NCBI GenBank assembly: GCA_013239625.1
Contig: MU053934.1
Span: 12,247,413-12,311,412 of the forward strand
Origin: Lama guanicoe
Lineage: Eukaryota
Direction of reading: 5' to 3'
DNA: 64,000 bases
Translations under genes and position numbers: made by a program
Part shown: positions 32,272 through 54,487 of the stretch, one piece after another
Layout of the letters: every line of letters begins with the position of its first letter
Position numbering within the stretch: position 1 is the first letter of the stretch
The notes under the pieces: generated by a model
Database searches by the model: none
Told to the model about the DNA's origin: nothing
The model's input: the letters and a program-made list of their open reading frames with translations, nothing else

Positions 32272-35200
32272 ATGGACGAGCAGGAGGACCAGCCACCCCG
32301 CGAGGTCAGGGGCCTGGGCCGGGGCACTGGGTCTGGGGTGGCTGTGGGCTCAGGGCTGCGCCAGCTGCCTGCAAGCATGGGGTTCCCCCCCACCATGGCC
32401 TTCCTGGGGTCACTGGCTTCTGTGCATAGAAGAGCTCCACATTCTTGCCTGCGGTGCTCCTGGGCCAGCCCAGGGGACCAGGCCGGGCACCTTGAGAGTG
32501 GGCCGCATGTCAGGTGGTCGACGTGGGGAGGCCTTTAGTCCCGGGGCACGTGGCAGATGGGTCCCAGGAGTTCCAGGCATTGGAAGAGCCACCAGGCAAA
32601 TCCCGGGCTGACCCCGGAGAGGGCGGTCATCCCAGCTACAGTGTTCCCCTTCTTTCTGCAGGCTGACCCAGAACCCGTCGTGACATCAGGGGGTTCGGAG
32701 GTGGTGCCCAGGGTGCTTCCTGGAGAGCCCCAGAACCTGTGTGCGTGCTCCCTGAGGTCACTGTGCTGGGCGGGAGGGGCGGCAGCTTCCCAGCCAGCTG
32801 GGGCTCAGACTGGGTGCCCTCCCGAGTTTGTGGTGAACGAGGGGCCCCTGGCCTGCCCTGGGGTGTAGGGGAGGGGGCTCTTGAGCACAAGTGGTCCTGA
32901 GGCTCAGTCCTTCAGAGCCCCCCAGGGCCCCCAGCAGCCTGGGTGCCTCCTCGGGGGCAGAGCTTGCCAAGGCCCAGGCCCCTTTCCTCAGGGAGGGGCC
33001 AGGAGGGACCCCCTGCGTGTCCAGGTTCCACAGGGCAGCACGGCCCCACCCAGTGCCCAGGGAGCCCCGGCTGCTCGGCGGCGGGCGTCCCCGAGCTGGG
33101 CCTCGCTGTCCCTGCAGCTGACGTGGACGCCTTCAAGCTGCTCCTGGAGATGAAGCTGAAGAGGAGGCGCGCGCGGCCCAGCCTGCCGCGTACGGTGACC
33201 GAGCTGGTGGCCGAGGATGGGAGCAGGGTGTACGTGGTGGGCACGGCCCACTTCAGCGATGACAGCAAGAAGGACGTGGTGAAGGTGAGGCTGCCACGCC
33301 CATCTGACCTCAGGCCAGGCCCTGACAGCCTTGGGTGTTCTCCTCCCTGGGGACGAGCAAACCTGCTTAGTCATTTCCGCTGATAGTTGCCTGAAGCCCT
33401 GAGTTGTTGCAGCAGCAGCTGAGTTGGTGGCAGGGCCGCCCAGGGGGTGGGGGCCTCTGGGTGTGGCGTGGGCCCTGCCCGCAGGGCCGTGGGGAGCCGG
33501 CATGTCCCTCGCAGACCATCCGGGAGGTGCAGCCCGACGTGGTGGTGGTGGAGCTCTGCCAGTACCGTGTGTCCATGCTGAAGATGGACGAGCGCACGCT
33601 GCTGCGGGAGGCCAAGGAGCTCAGCCTGGAGAAGCTGCAGCAGGCCGTGAGGCAGGTGCGGCCCTCCCAGCCGGCTACGCCAGGCTGGGCCTGTGGGGGC
33701 CTGGGGCGTGCCGGGCTCTGCCCACCTGGCAGCCGCACAGCCCCCTGGGCACAGGGCCTGGGGCAGGCCTCGCCTTCCCAGCGGTACAGAGGCATCCCGC
33801 TCCCTGGGCTCTGTCTGGTCAAGGGCCGTTCCCCCTGGCTTGTGGGACAGGGGCAGTTTTCAGACCCGGGAGAGAGAATGGATGACCCCCTACCCCAAGG
33901 CAGGAGCTGACCAGGGGCCCCGAGGACCCCGGGTGTGCTGAACAGGTCACTAGGGGTGGGGGTGGGGGTGGGGGTCTCGGGATCATGTGGCAAGGCCTCC
34001 TGCCCAGAGCTGTCACCCCCACGGCATCTCCCTGGGTACAGGACCCGAGTCCACTCACAGTGACAGGTGCCCTGAGGAGGATGTGGGCAGATGGGGTGGG
34101 AGTCTGGGCTGGAGGGGTGAGAGGGGAAGGGGCATCCATGGGGCAGAGGCCAGGCAGCTGGTCCAAGATGGTGTGGCCCCAAGGTGGCCCAGCTCTGGGA
34201 AGTTTGTTCAAAAGGCCTCTGCGTATCCACAGTGTGTGGGCGCCCACTGCAAGGCCCTGCTGGACGTCGGCACGGCCCTCACTAGCCCCTGGCTGTGGGC
34301 ACTGGGCACCGTGCTGCTGGCTGACTCAGGCCCGCTCTCCCTGCAGAACGGGGTCATGTCTGGACTCATGCAGATGCTTCTGCTGAAGGTGTCAGCCCAC
34401 ATCACTGAGCAGCTGGGCATGGCCCCTGGCGGCGAGTTCAGGGAGGCTTTCAAGGAGGTGGGCCTGGGCCCGGCCGGGGAGGGGGCTCCACCCTCGGGAG
34501 CTGCCCCTGGGGCTCAAGGCTCCCCAACCGACACCAGCCTCTGCCCAGGCCAGCAAGGTGCCTTTCTGCAAGTTCCACCTGGGCGATCGGCCCATCCCTG
34601 TCACCTTCAAGAGGGCCATCGCCGCACTCTCCTTCTGGCAGAAGGTCAAGCTGGCCTGGGGCCTGTGTTTCCTGTCGGACCCGATCAGGTAGGACCACTC
34701 AGCCTCCTGACAGGCGTCCCTCTTTTTCTTGGGCTGAACCTCCCCGCCCCTTCCTTCTGCCCTGATCCCAGATAGAAGGTGCCCCCGCCCCTGCCCGGGG
34801 CCAACAGCACCAGTGTCCTGCTGGCCGCTGCGTCCCCACGGGCTGGCAGTGCCCCTCTGCCCCCAGCAAGGATGATGTGGAGCGGTGTAAGCAGAAGGAC
34901 CTGCTGGAGCAGATGATGGCAGAGATGATCGGCGAGTTTCCGGACCTGCACCGCACCATCGTCTCTGAGCGCGACGTCTACCTGACCTACATGCTGAGGC
35001 AGGCCGCCCGCCGCCTGGAGCTGCCGCGCGCCTCCGATGGTGAGGCCCGGCTGCCGGGCGGGCCTCTGGGGATGGGTGGGACGGGCAGTCACTGAAGGGT
35101 TGCTCCCCCTACAGCCGAGCCCAGGAAGTGCGTCCCCTCCGTGGTGGTGGGTGTCGTGGGCATGGGCCACGTCCCCGGCATCGAGAAGAACTGGACCACT

Positions 35201-35522
35201 GACCTCAACATCCAGGAGATCATGACGTGAGTGCCACCCACCCACTCCTCGCGCCCCCACACGCAGAGCTGGCAGCCGTGCCCAGACTGGGGGCTGGGGA
35301 TCACGCATCCCCGAACCAGGCCCAGCCCACCCTCCCTCCCCCAGCGTGCCCCCGCCGTCCGTCTCCGGCAGAGCGTCCCGCCTGGCCCTGAAGGCTGCCT
35401 TCTTGGGCCTCCTGGGCTACGGCCTGTACTGGATGGGGCGCCGCGCCACCAGCCTGGTCCTGTCTCTGCCCGCCGCCCAGTACTGCCTGCAGAAGGCGTC
35501 CGAGGTCTGGCCGCGCAAGTAG
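32272..35522 (+). CDS. TRABD: TraB domain-containing protein (about 377 aa, C-terminal membrane anchor)
   Basis: Exons 32272-32304, 32662-32740, 33118-33284, 33515-33655, 34347-34457, 34549-34688, 34867-35039, 35115-35226, 35345-35522 (1134 nt, all phases consistent). TraB motifs VYVVGTAHFS, VVVELC, LGDRPI, IVSERD and VVGVVGMGHVPGI are present. Confidence 0.96.
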
Positions 35523-35654
35523 GAAGGACAGAGGGAGCCACCACACCCGAGAGGACCGCCACAGTTGCTCCGGTGTCACAGCCAAGGGGCTCCTGGGTGC
35601 CACCTGCCATGGGGGTCCAGTCCTAGCCTCGCCTGCCCTCCCTCAACCCACCCG

Positions 35655-35660
35655 AATAAA
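35655..35660 (+). terminator. TRABD proximal polyadenylation signal
   Basis: AATAAA about 130 nt after the stop codon. Confidence 0.7.
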
Positions 35661-36647
35661 GAATTATTTAATCGTCTGAGCGCAGGCTTCCCAGAGCCCC
35701 CACCGCCCCCTCTGCTCAGGGCCCTCAGGAAGGTCACGGCGGCAGGATGACCTGGCGGGAGAGGGGCTGAGGCTCCCCCACACCCTCTGGCCCCAGGTAG
35801 AACGTGTGGGCCACAGCCGGCCATCGCTCACCTCACTGTGCCTTCTCTCCGCCAGTAGGGGCTTCTCATGGTGGGTTCTGGGCCAGCATGTTGGGAAGGG
35901 CAGGGTGGCCCCACAAAGCCTTTGGGTGCGGCTCCTCGGGGCACCCCCCGCAGAGGGTGGCTTGGCCAAGCTTGGCGGCCCTGGATGTGCGCCAGCAAAG
36001 CTCTGTCTGCAGAGATTGTGTTTTTGGCTTTTAAAAATGTCTGAAACTTTTTTACTCAGGTAATTTTAACTTAAAACAAACTGAAGCAAATGTCAGGAAA
36101 TACAAGCCTTAACTCCACTTGGGGCAAAGAGAGCATCTTTGTCTTAGAGTCTCAGCTCCAAGAGGATGAGCGTGTGGAGAGGGTCGGCTTGGGCCGCAGG
36201 GAGCCAGGCCGGCCTCCTGGCAGTGGGGCCGGGGTTGCAGCCCTCTGGGGCATGCGCCCGCCTGGGCCGCGGTGGATCGAACCTGCTCCCGGTGCGTCCG
36301 GTGGAGGCACCTTGGGTCGCCCCGCCCTCAGTGGATGGACGGCCAGTGTCCTCGGGGCCCTCCACCGTGCATGTGAGCCCACCTTGGGCTGGGACTGGTT
36401 GGCCCAGGACCAAGCTGGCCCCACACAGCATTTCCACCCATTCATCGCCTGTGTGCGCAGTCTCCTGGTCACCTGTTTACGACGAAGCCTCTGCACCCGG
36501 TCTGGGGCCCAGGGTTCACATCTGATTGTGTTTGTGTTGACTCGGTGTCTGCCTGAACCCGGTGAAGCCCACAGCATGCGCTGGGGGGCCTCGGGCTGGA
36601 CCGTGACTGTCGTTCGCACGCTCGTGTGTGCGCCTCTAAGAAGCTGA

Positions 36648-36653
36648 AATAAA
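36648..36653 (+). terminator. TRABD distal polyadenylation signal
   Basis: AATAAA followed by U/GU-rich sequence (tttggaagcctgtttggtgacgtgtg). Confidence 0.7.
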
Positions 36654-37616
36654 GCCTACTTTTGGAAGCCTGTTTGGTGACGTGTGCAGATGGGACTCAG
36701 TGGCAAGGGCAGGGCTCCCCAGGCCGTGGGCCCAGGCTGGGCGCACCCGCGCCCTCACCCTCGGTCCCCGCCCTGCTCAGCCCCCAACCCTGGCATGTGG
36801 GAGGGGAGGAGGTGGCGAGTCCAGCAATCTAGACGAAACTGTGGGGACCAGTGGCTAAGGTTTTCCCAGGAGGACGACAGCGAGCCTGGAGTGGGGCGTG
36901 GGCCGTTCCAGGGGCGCAGCAGGAGGCTGGCGGGGCTGGGGGCCCCTTCACCGTCTCTGCCCCAGGAGGCCCAGCTCTCCCTTCATGCTGGGTCTTCCGC
37001 ACTCTCCTGCCTCCTCTGCCCTGGGCCAGCACTGATGGCTCGCAATGGGCAGGGGGCTCCTGAGCCTCCCGAGACTGAGGTCCTCTCCACAGGTCCAGGC
37101 GGCGCTGCTGGAACCCTGAGGCCTGGCTACATGCATGGGAGAGGGAGGGCCGGCAGGCACCCACAGGTCTGCACCCTGCAGGCCTCTCCTGGCGAGGACC
37201 CGCCTGGGTCCCTGCCCCCAGTGGTCTAGGGAGGAGGGCAGAGGACAAGTCCCTTCCAGTCCCATGTTAGGAGAGGCCAGCTGGGCTGGGCAAGAAGGCG
37301 GGACAGCCCAGGTAGACACTCCAAGGGCAGCAGGTGAGATCCACGTTGGACCCATGGGGGAGAGGGGGTACCTGGGGGCAGCAGGAGGAGCCAAGGAATC
37401 AAAGGCCTGGCAGAGGGCTGGGGGCTGGCACATGCTTGGAGCCCAAGGGACAGCCACTTCCAGAACAGATGAAGCCTGAAGTGGGTATGGCCTGAGGTGA
37501 GGCGACAGTGGCTGGCCGACAGTTTATTTATCATCTGCTGGACTGTCCACTGGCCCTTCTTGGGCTCTGGTCCCGGTCACCTGGAGAGCACTGACCTCCT
37601 GGGACGTCTCTTACAG

Positions 37617-39216
37617 GGAGGGGCTGCTCTCAGATCTGGGTAGAGAACCAGAGGGGCCCCAGGGGTGTGTCCACCGTCCAGCCAAGGGAGCCAGCACCGC
37701 TTCCAGGTGAGCAGCCTGCAGCGTGGGGGCTGCAGAGACAGCTGGCATGCCGCTGTGGCAGAAACAAGACACTACTGTTCGAGGCTGGCAGGGCAAGGGC
37801 CAGGCCGGGCACTTGCCTCCCAGAGGCCATCCTCAGCCCACTCACACCTGGTAGGGACATGTTCTCTGAGGTTGTCTACAGTCAGGAAGAGCGAGGGGAA
37901 ACTCAAACGTCCACCTCTAAGGGAACAAACAAAGACGCCTAGGACACAAGTTAGGTACAAAATTATATGCATTGAATTGTGGGCCACTGGCCTGAGGCCT
38001 GGGGAGTTACTTTGATATGCACCCTATTTCTGAGAATTGGAATTTATTACAATGCAAGTTCGTATTATAGTGACAAGCAGAAAAACAAAAAGGTTTCATT
38101 TTTTCAAATACACAAAGTGCTTAGGGGAGAGTGGACACCTCTCTCCTTTTAGACAGGAGTGGAGGCCTGCATGATGTGCCCAGGCACTGCCAGCACAGAT
38201 GAAGGTGACGTGCCGCCCCTGCCCCCAAGTTTCCTGTGACGTGTATGACAGTGGTTGGACAGTGATTCAGTCGCGGACAGGGGAGGCTGCTGGATTTTGA
38301 GAGGTGCTGGCAGGAGTACAAACAGCTTCAGAGACTTGGGAGGGAGGAGGGCTGTACTGCCTGAGGGGAACAGAGAATGAGCGGCCAGGTATCCCAGGCC
38401 TTGTCCTAGGGGCCAGAGCTTGAGCCCCACCAAGAACACAGGGCAGGGGTGGCAGGAGGCGGCAAGGGACTGCCAGCAGGTGCAGACCTGAGCCTGGGTG
38501 CCTCTCTCCTGCAGGTGACCACTGGTTAGGGCTGGCGCACATCTCGGGCCTGACCACCCAGCCTGGCCTGCACACCAAGCTGATGGTGGACCTGCGGGAC
38601 ACGGACAACACTGTGGGCCCATTATGACAAATTCTGCGTGGACACGGGAGACCAGTTGTACAGGCTCATTCTCAGCCTTTGCTTGGCACCGCAGGTGAGT
38701 GCCTGGGGGCTCTCGGGCAACCTCCCCGTCCCGCCCCCAGGCACCCTGCTTTGCTGACGTGTTTTCCAGGCAAGGGGCTAGAGGGAAGGAGGGGACCCAG
38801 AGACTCCAACTTCCCAGCCCACACCTGCCAGCCTTCATTCTCTGGGCAAGGATATTGCACCTCCCTTGGAGGTCCCTCATGGCTGGGAAACATCATGGGG
38901 GCGCAGCGCCAGAGGAGTCTCTGCCCACGCTGCCCCACGCGCAGGGGACGCGGTCCCGGATTTGGGCCGCAGCGACAAGCAGGAGGGCCGCGGCTTCAGC
39001 ACGCTGGACCGCGACCTCAACAGCGGCGCCCCTGCGTGGACGGCGCGCACACCTTCGCCAGCTGTAGCCGCGATCGCTCGGGCGCCGGCGGGTGGTACAG
39101 CGACCTCGGCCAGGCCAACCTCAACGCGCAGGGGCCGACTCAAGCGTGCGCTTTGCCCCAGCCGACCACCCACCGGCCCTGCGCTCCGCGCCGGCCTCAT
39201 TAAATGTTAAGCCCGG
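37617..39216 (+). pseudogene. Unprocessed (intron-containing) fibrinogen C-terminal domain pseudogene, ANGPTL5-like
   Basis: Four collinear exon remnants (/ = frameshift). 37617-37706 GRGCSQIWVENQRGPRGVSTVQP/GAST/FQ; 38229-38342 VSCDVYDSGWTVIQSR/QGRLLDFERCWQEYKQ/FRDLG; 38515-38694 GDHWLGLAHISGLTTQPGLHTKLMVDLRDTDNT/WAHYDKFCVDTGDQLYRLILSLC/GTAG; 38945-~39216 DAVPDLGRSDKQEGRGFSTLDRDLNSG/PCVDGAHTFASCSRDRSGAGGWYSDLGQANLNA.../ALRSAPASLNVKP. Intact splice sites at 37615-16, 37707, 38513-14, 38695 and 38943-44. Multiple frameshifts and lost Cys/Trp residues. Confidence 0.88.
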
Positions 39217-39679
39217 CTGCCTGGGGGTCGTCTTTGTGGGGAGGGGCCAGGAAACGGCGGAGCTCAGCTGCAGAGGCACCTGCCCAAGTGGGACGGGCCA
39301 AGGGAAGTCTGGGAGGCCGGGTAGCTCAGCAGCGAGGCCACAGGCAAGGCTGCCAGGGCTGGGAGGGTCATCCCCGCAGTGCTGACCTGCTGGAACCCTT
39401 GAAGCCCACCAGGCGTCCCCTCTGGCTGTGAGCTCATTGAGGGCCCTCAAAAACCTAGTCCCACCAGATTCAAAGTGTGGGTAGGACAGCAGAGTCAGGG
39501 GGCAAGGTCAGGAGGGCCTGGGCCTGAGGAAGAGGGAGGGGTGACACCAGGCTCAGGCCTGGTCTCCTAGGCAGTGAGGAAGGAGGCTGGGAACAGGGTA
39601 CTCCGCCAGCAGGCCAGGTGGGGAAGACACCGGGTGGGCCCAGGTGGAAGGGAATCCATCAGGCTGCAGGGGGCATTCC

Positions 39680-40290
39680 GGAGTGCTGAGTACCTACCAG
39701 GACCTCACCACGTTGTCCCCGTTGTCTGTGTCACCCTAACCCCACACAGAAGGTAGTCATCATTTTTTATTTTGGGGTTTGTTTTTTTTTTTTTTTGACC
39801 GATAGGACCTCCAGGTGGTCCTCAAAAACCTTTATTGGATGGTTCTTTCCAGAGAGGGAGATGCAAGCCAACGGACGGGGCTGAGGGCAGGCATGGCTTC
39901 CAGGTCCCCACACCAGGGGGGACAAACGGTGGGCAGGACGCTGTCTGCTGTGTCCATGTCACTTCTCCAGGGGCACGCATTGAGCAGCTTCTCGATCAGG
40001 CCCATGTGGGCCAGCAGCATGTGGCAGCAGCAGTAGCGCTTCAGGCCCAGCGCTTCCAGGGCATTCCCCTCGGTGTGCTCGGCCTGCAGCAGCCCCAGGT
40101 AGGCCTCCCACTTGTTGCCACAATCTTGCTACACGTGAAACAGCACACAGGGATGATCAAGGCGGCAGCTGAGCAATCAGCTGACCAGCTTGGTAGAGTC
40201 ATTGTTTATCTCAGCAACGAGGACCCCAAGCTGGAGGCAGCTGAGGGGTTCCCCGAGGTCACACGGCGACAGGGGCAGAGATGGTTCTCA
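39680..40290 (+). mobile_element. MIR SINE split in two by the POLR2L retrocopy (about 39680-39770 and 40192-40290)
   Basis: Left part ...caccctaaccccacacagaaggtag and right part ...tttatctcagcaacgaggacc...ccccgaggtcacacggcgacaggggcagagatggttc join into a continuous MIR-like sequence. Confidence 0.55.
39782..40191 (-). pseudogene. POLR2L: Processed pseudogene of RNA polymerase subunit RPB10 (POLR2L)
   Basis: Minus strand 40160-39959 reads (TTG)[64 protein letters not shown], versus RPB10 [67 protein letters not shown]. No intron, ATG changed to TTG, two 1-nt deletions, AATAAA (39831-39836, minus strand) and poly(A) remnant (T run 39782-39796). Confidence 0.93.
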
Positions 40291-41496
40291 TGAGGTCTGG
40301 GAAGCCTCGTTGTGGCCCCAGGAGAAAGTTCAGAGGCGGCCCCTTGAAGGTAGGTGTGGAATCGGGGCTCCTGGAAGAAAGAGCAGCGCCAGCCAGGAGG
40401 GAGCTGGAGAGTTTGTCAAGGGTCTCGGGTTTCAGTCTGAGCCCACATGGGCAGGGGATTGGGAGCCCCTCCAAGAACCACTCTTTCCATGCAGGCATCA
40501 GCGGGGTCACCTAGTGGGGAGGAGTCTCCACAAGGCTCCTCTGAACTGAATTCGAATCATTTTGCAACACTGACTTGCCCCACCTCCTCACCTGGGGGCC
40601 CCTTCAAGGCCAAGCTTGACCATCCCCACCCTGCGCCCACCTCAGCCTCCTGCACATCTCCAAGGAGTTTCTCTGGGCCAGGAGCTGCTCTGGGGAACTG
40701 GTGCCCAGATCATCAGAGCTCCTGCTCTCGCAAAGTGAGGGTGAGGAAAGACATACAAGAAACAGGAAAATAAGGGAATGAGCTCATTTCAGAGAGAAGT
40801 GCAAGGAAAAACACAGGGTGACAGGAGGCACGGCGGGCAAGGCAGGCAGCAGGGCGGTACGGGATCTAGCATGCCTGTGCGGAATCGCGCTCCAGGCGGG
40901 GATAGCGCAGGCGCAAAGGCCCCGCACTAGGGAGGCGCCCGGCCCGGGGCTGGCAGGCTCCAGGCTTTGGCCTCCTCCTCGGGCTCTGCCTGGCCCACAG
41001 CTGTTCCCATGAATTCTCCCAGATCCAGACAAATGTTGTCCTCTTTCCCTCCTGTCCTGTGCGCGGCTAGCAAAAACACAATCCAGGTCCAGACCCTCAG
41101 CACAGCGTAGCGGTGGGGCTGCCCTTGGCTTCCCCCCCGGAGTTGGGGGCACCCTGGAGGTCCACTGGGGACGTCATTCGGCACAGTCACCGGCTTGGAG
41201 CGCTCAGCCTGGTCTGGCAGGTGCCTCCCAGGGCGGACTTCCAGGGACCTGACGGCTGCGGCGCAGGGCAGTCATTCCGGACTGCCCTGTCTCAACTGCC
41301 CACTCCAGCCCTCAGCCGCAGCTCCGCGGAACCGGCCCTCGCAGTCCCCCGAGGCGGGACCTGGCGCAGAAGCGGACAGACGGTGCGACCAATCAGAGCT
41401 AGGCTTCCGGGGCGCGGCCCACGACAACTGGGCGGCGGGGAGCAGGGCGGGGCTTCCTGTCGGGGCAAAGAGGCTTCCGCCGCAGCGGCGCCTCGG

Positions 41497-54083
<12,587 letters not shown>

Positions 54084-54149
54084 CTGCCGGGGGCCCCAAG
54101 GCCCCAGGTCCTGCTGAGTCTGCGAGGGAGCGCCCAGCCCACAGACAGA

Positions 54150-54220
54150 TGCCCATCTCTCCATGACGGCAGAGATGTCCAGTCAGGACCTGACCCGTCT
54201 CTGTCCGACGCGGACTCAGC
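54150..54220 (+). promoter_or_regulatory. SECIS element (form 2, CC in place of apical AA) in the SELENOO 3'UTR
   Basis: AUGA core at 54163-54166; 10-bp helix GGCAGAGAUG/CGUCUCUGUC; unpaired CC at 54179-54180; mini-stem GUCAG/CUGAC; 3' GA of the quartet at about 54207-54208. Confidence 0.9.
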
Positions 54221-54221
54221 A

Positions 54222-54252
54222 GCCCAGCCCAGCCCAGCCCAGCCCAACCCAG
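54222..54252. repeat. (CCCAG)n pentamer microsatellite
   Basis: gcccagcccagcccagcccagcccaacccagg immediately 3' of the SECIS. Confidence 0.7.
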
Positions 54253-54378
54253 GCCAGCCCTGCCCTGCCGCTCCTGTGACCTGTCGCTTTGCCCGAGGAC
54301 AGCTCAGCAGAGGGGACCAGCCGGGTTGGCACACGACCCCCCCACCCATCCAGCCTAGGCGGGGAGGCATGGTCCCCA

Positions 54379-54384
54379 AATAAA
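54379..54384 (+). terminator. SELENOO polyadenylation signal
   Basis: AATAAA about 295 nt after the TAA stop. Confidence 0.8.
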
Positions 54385-54476
54385 CCAGCAGCTTCCTCAG
54401 TCCCGTGTGGTCATCGTGCCCCGGCCAGGCCCAGGCCCTCCCCGAAGAGAGAGGCGCGGGGTCAGGGGGCAGCACC

Positions 54477-54482
54477 TTTATT
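54477..54482 (-). terminator. TUBGCP6 polyadenylation signal
   Basis: AATAAA on the minus strand, 5 nt after the TGA stop. Confidence 0.8.
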
Positions 54483-54487
54483 CAGCC

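Noticed and set aside
38679-39385. ORFs 38679..39203, 38866..39210 and 39092..39385 as independent novel genes
   Set aside because: Each carries one frameshifted piece of the same FReD terminal exon; none is a plausible standalone protein.
39835-40293. 152-aa plus-strand ORF
   Set aside because: Antisense shadow of the POLR2L retrocopy.
41113-41496. 128-codon N-terminal extension of SELENOO in ORF 41113..42213
   Set aside because: Starts at GTG, runs through CCAAT/GC-box promoter elements and has no homology; an open frame is expected by chance in a CpG island.
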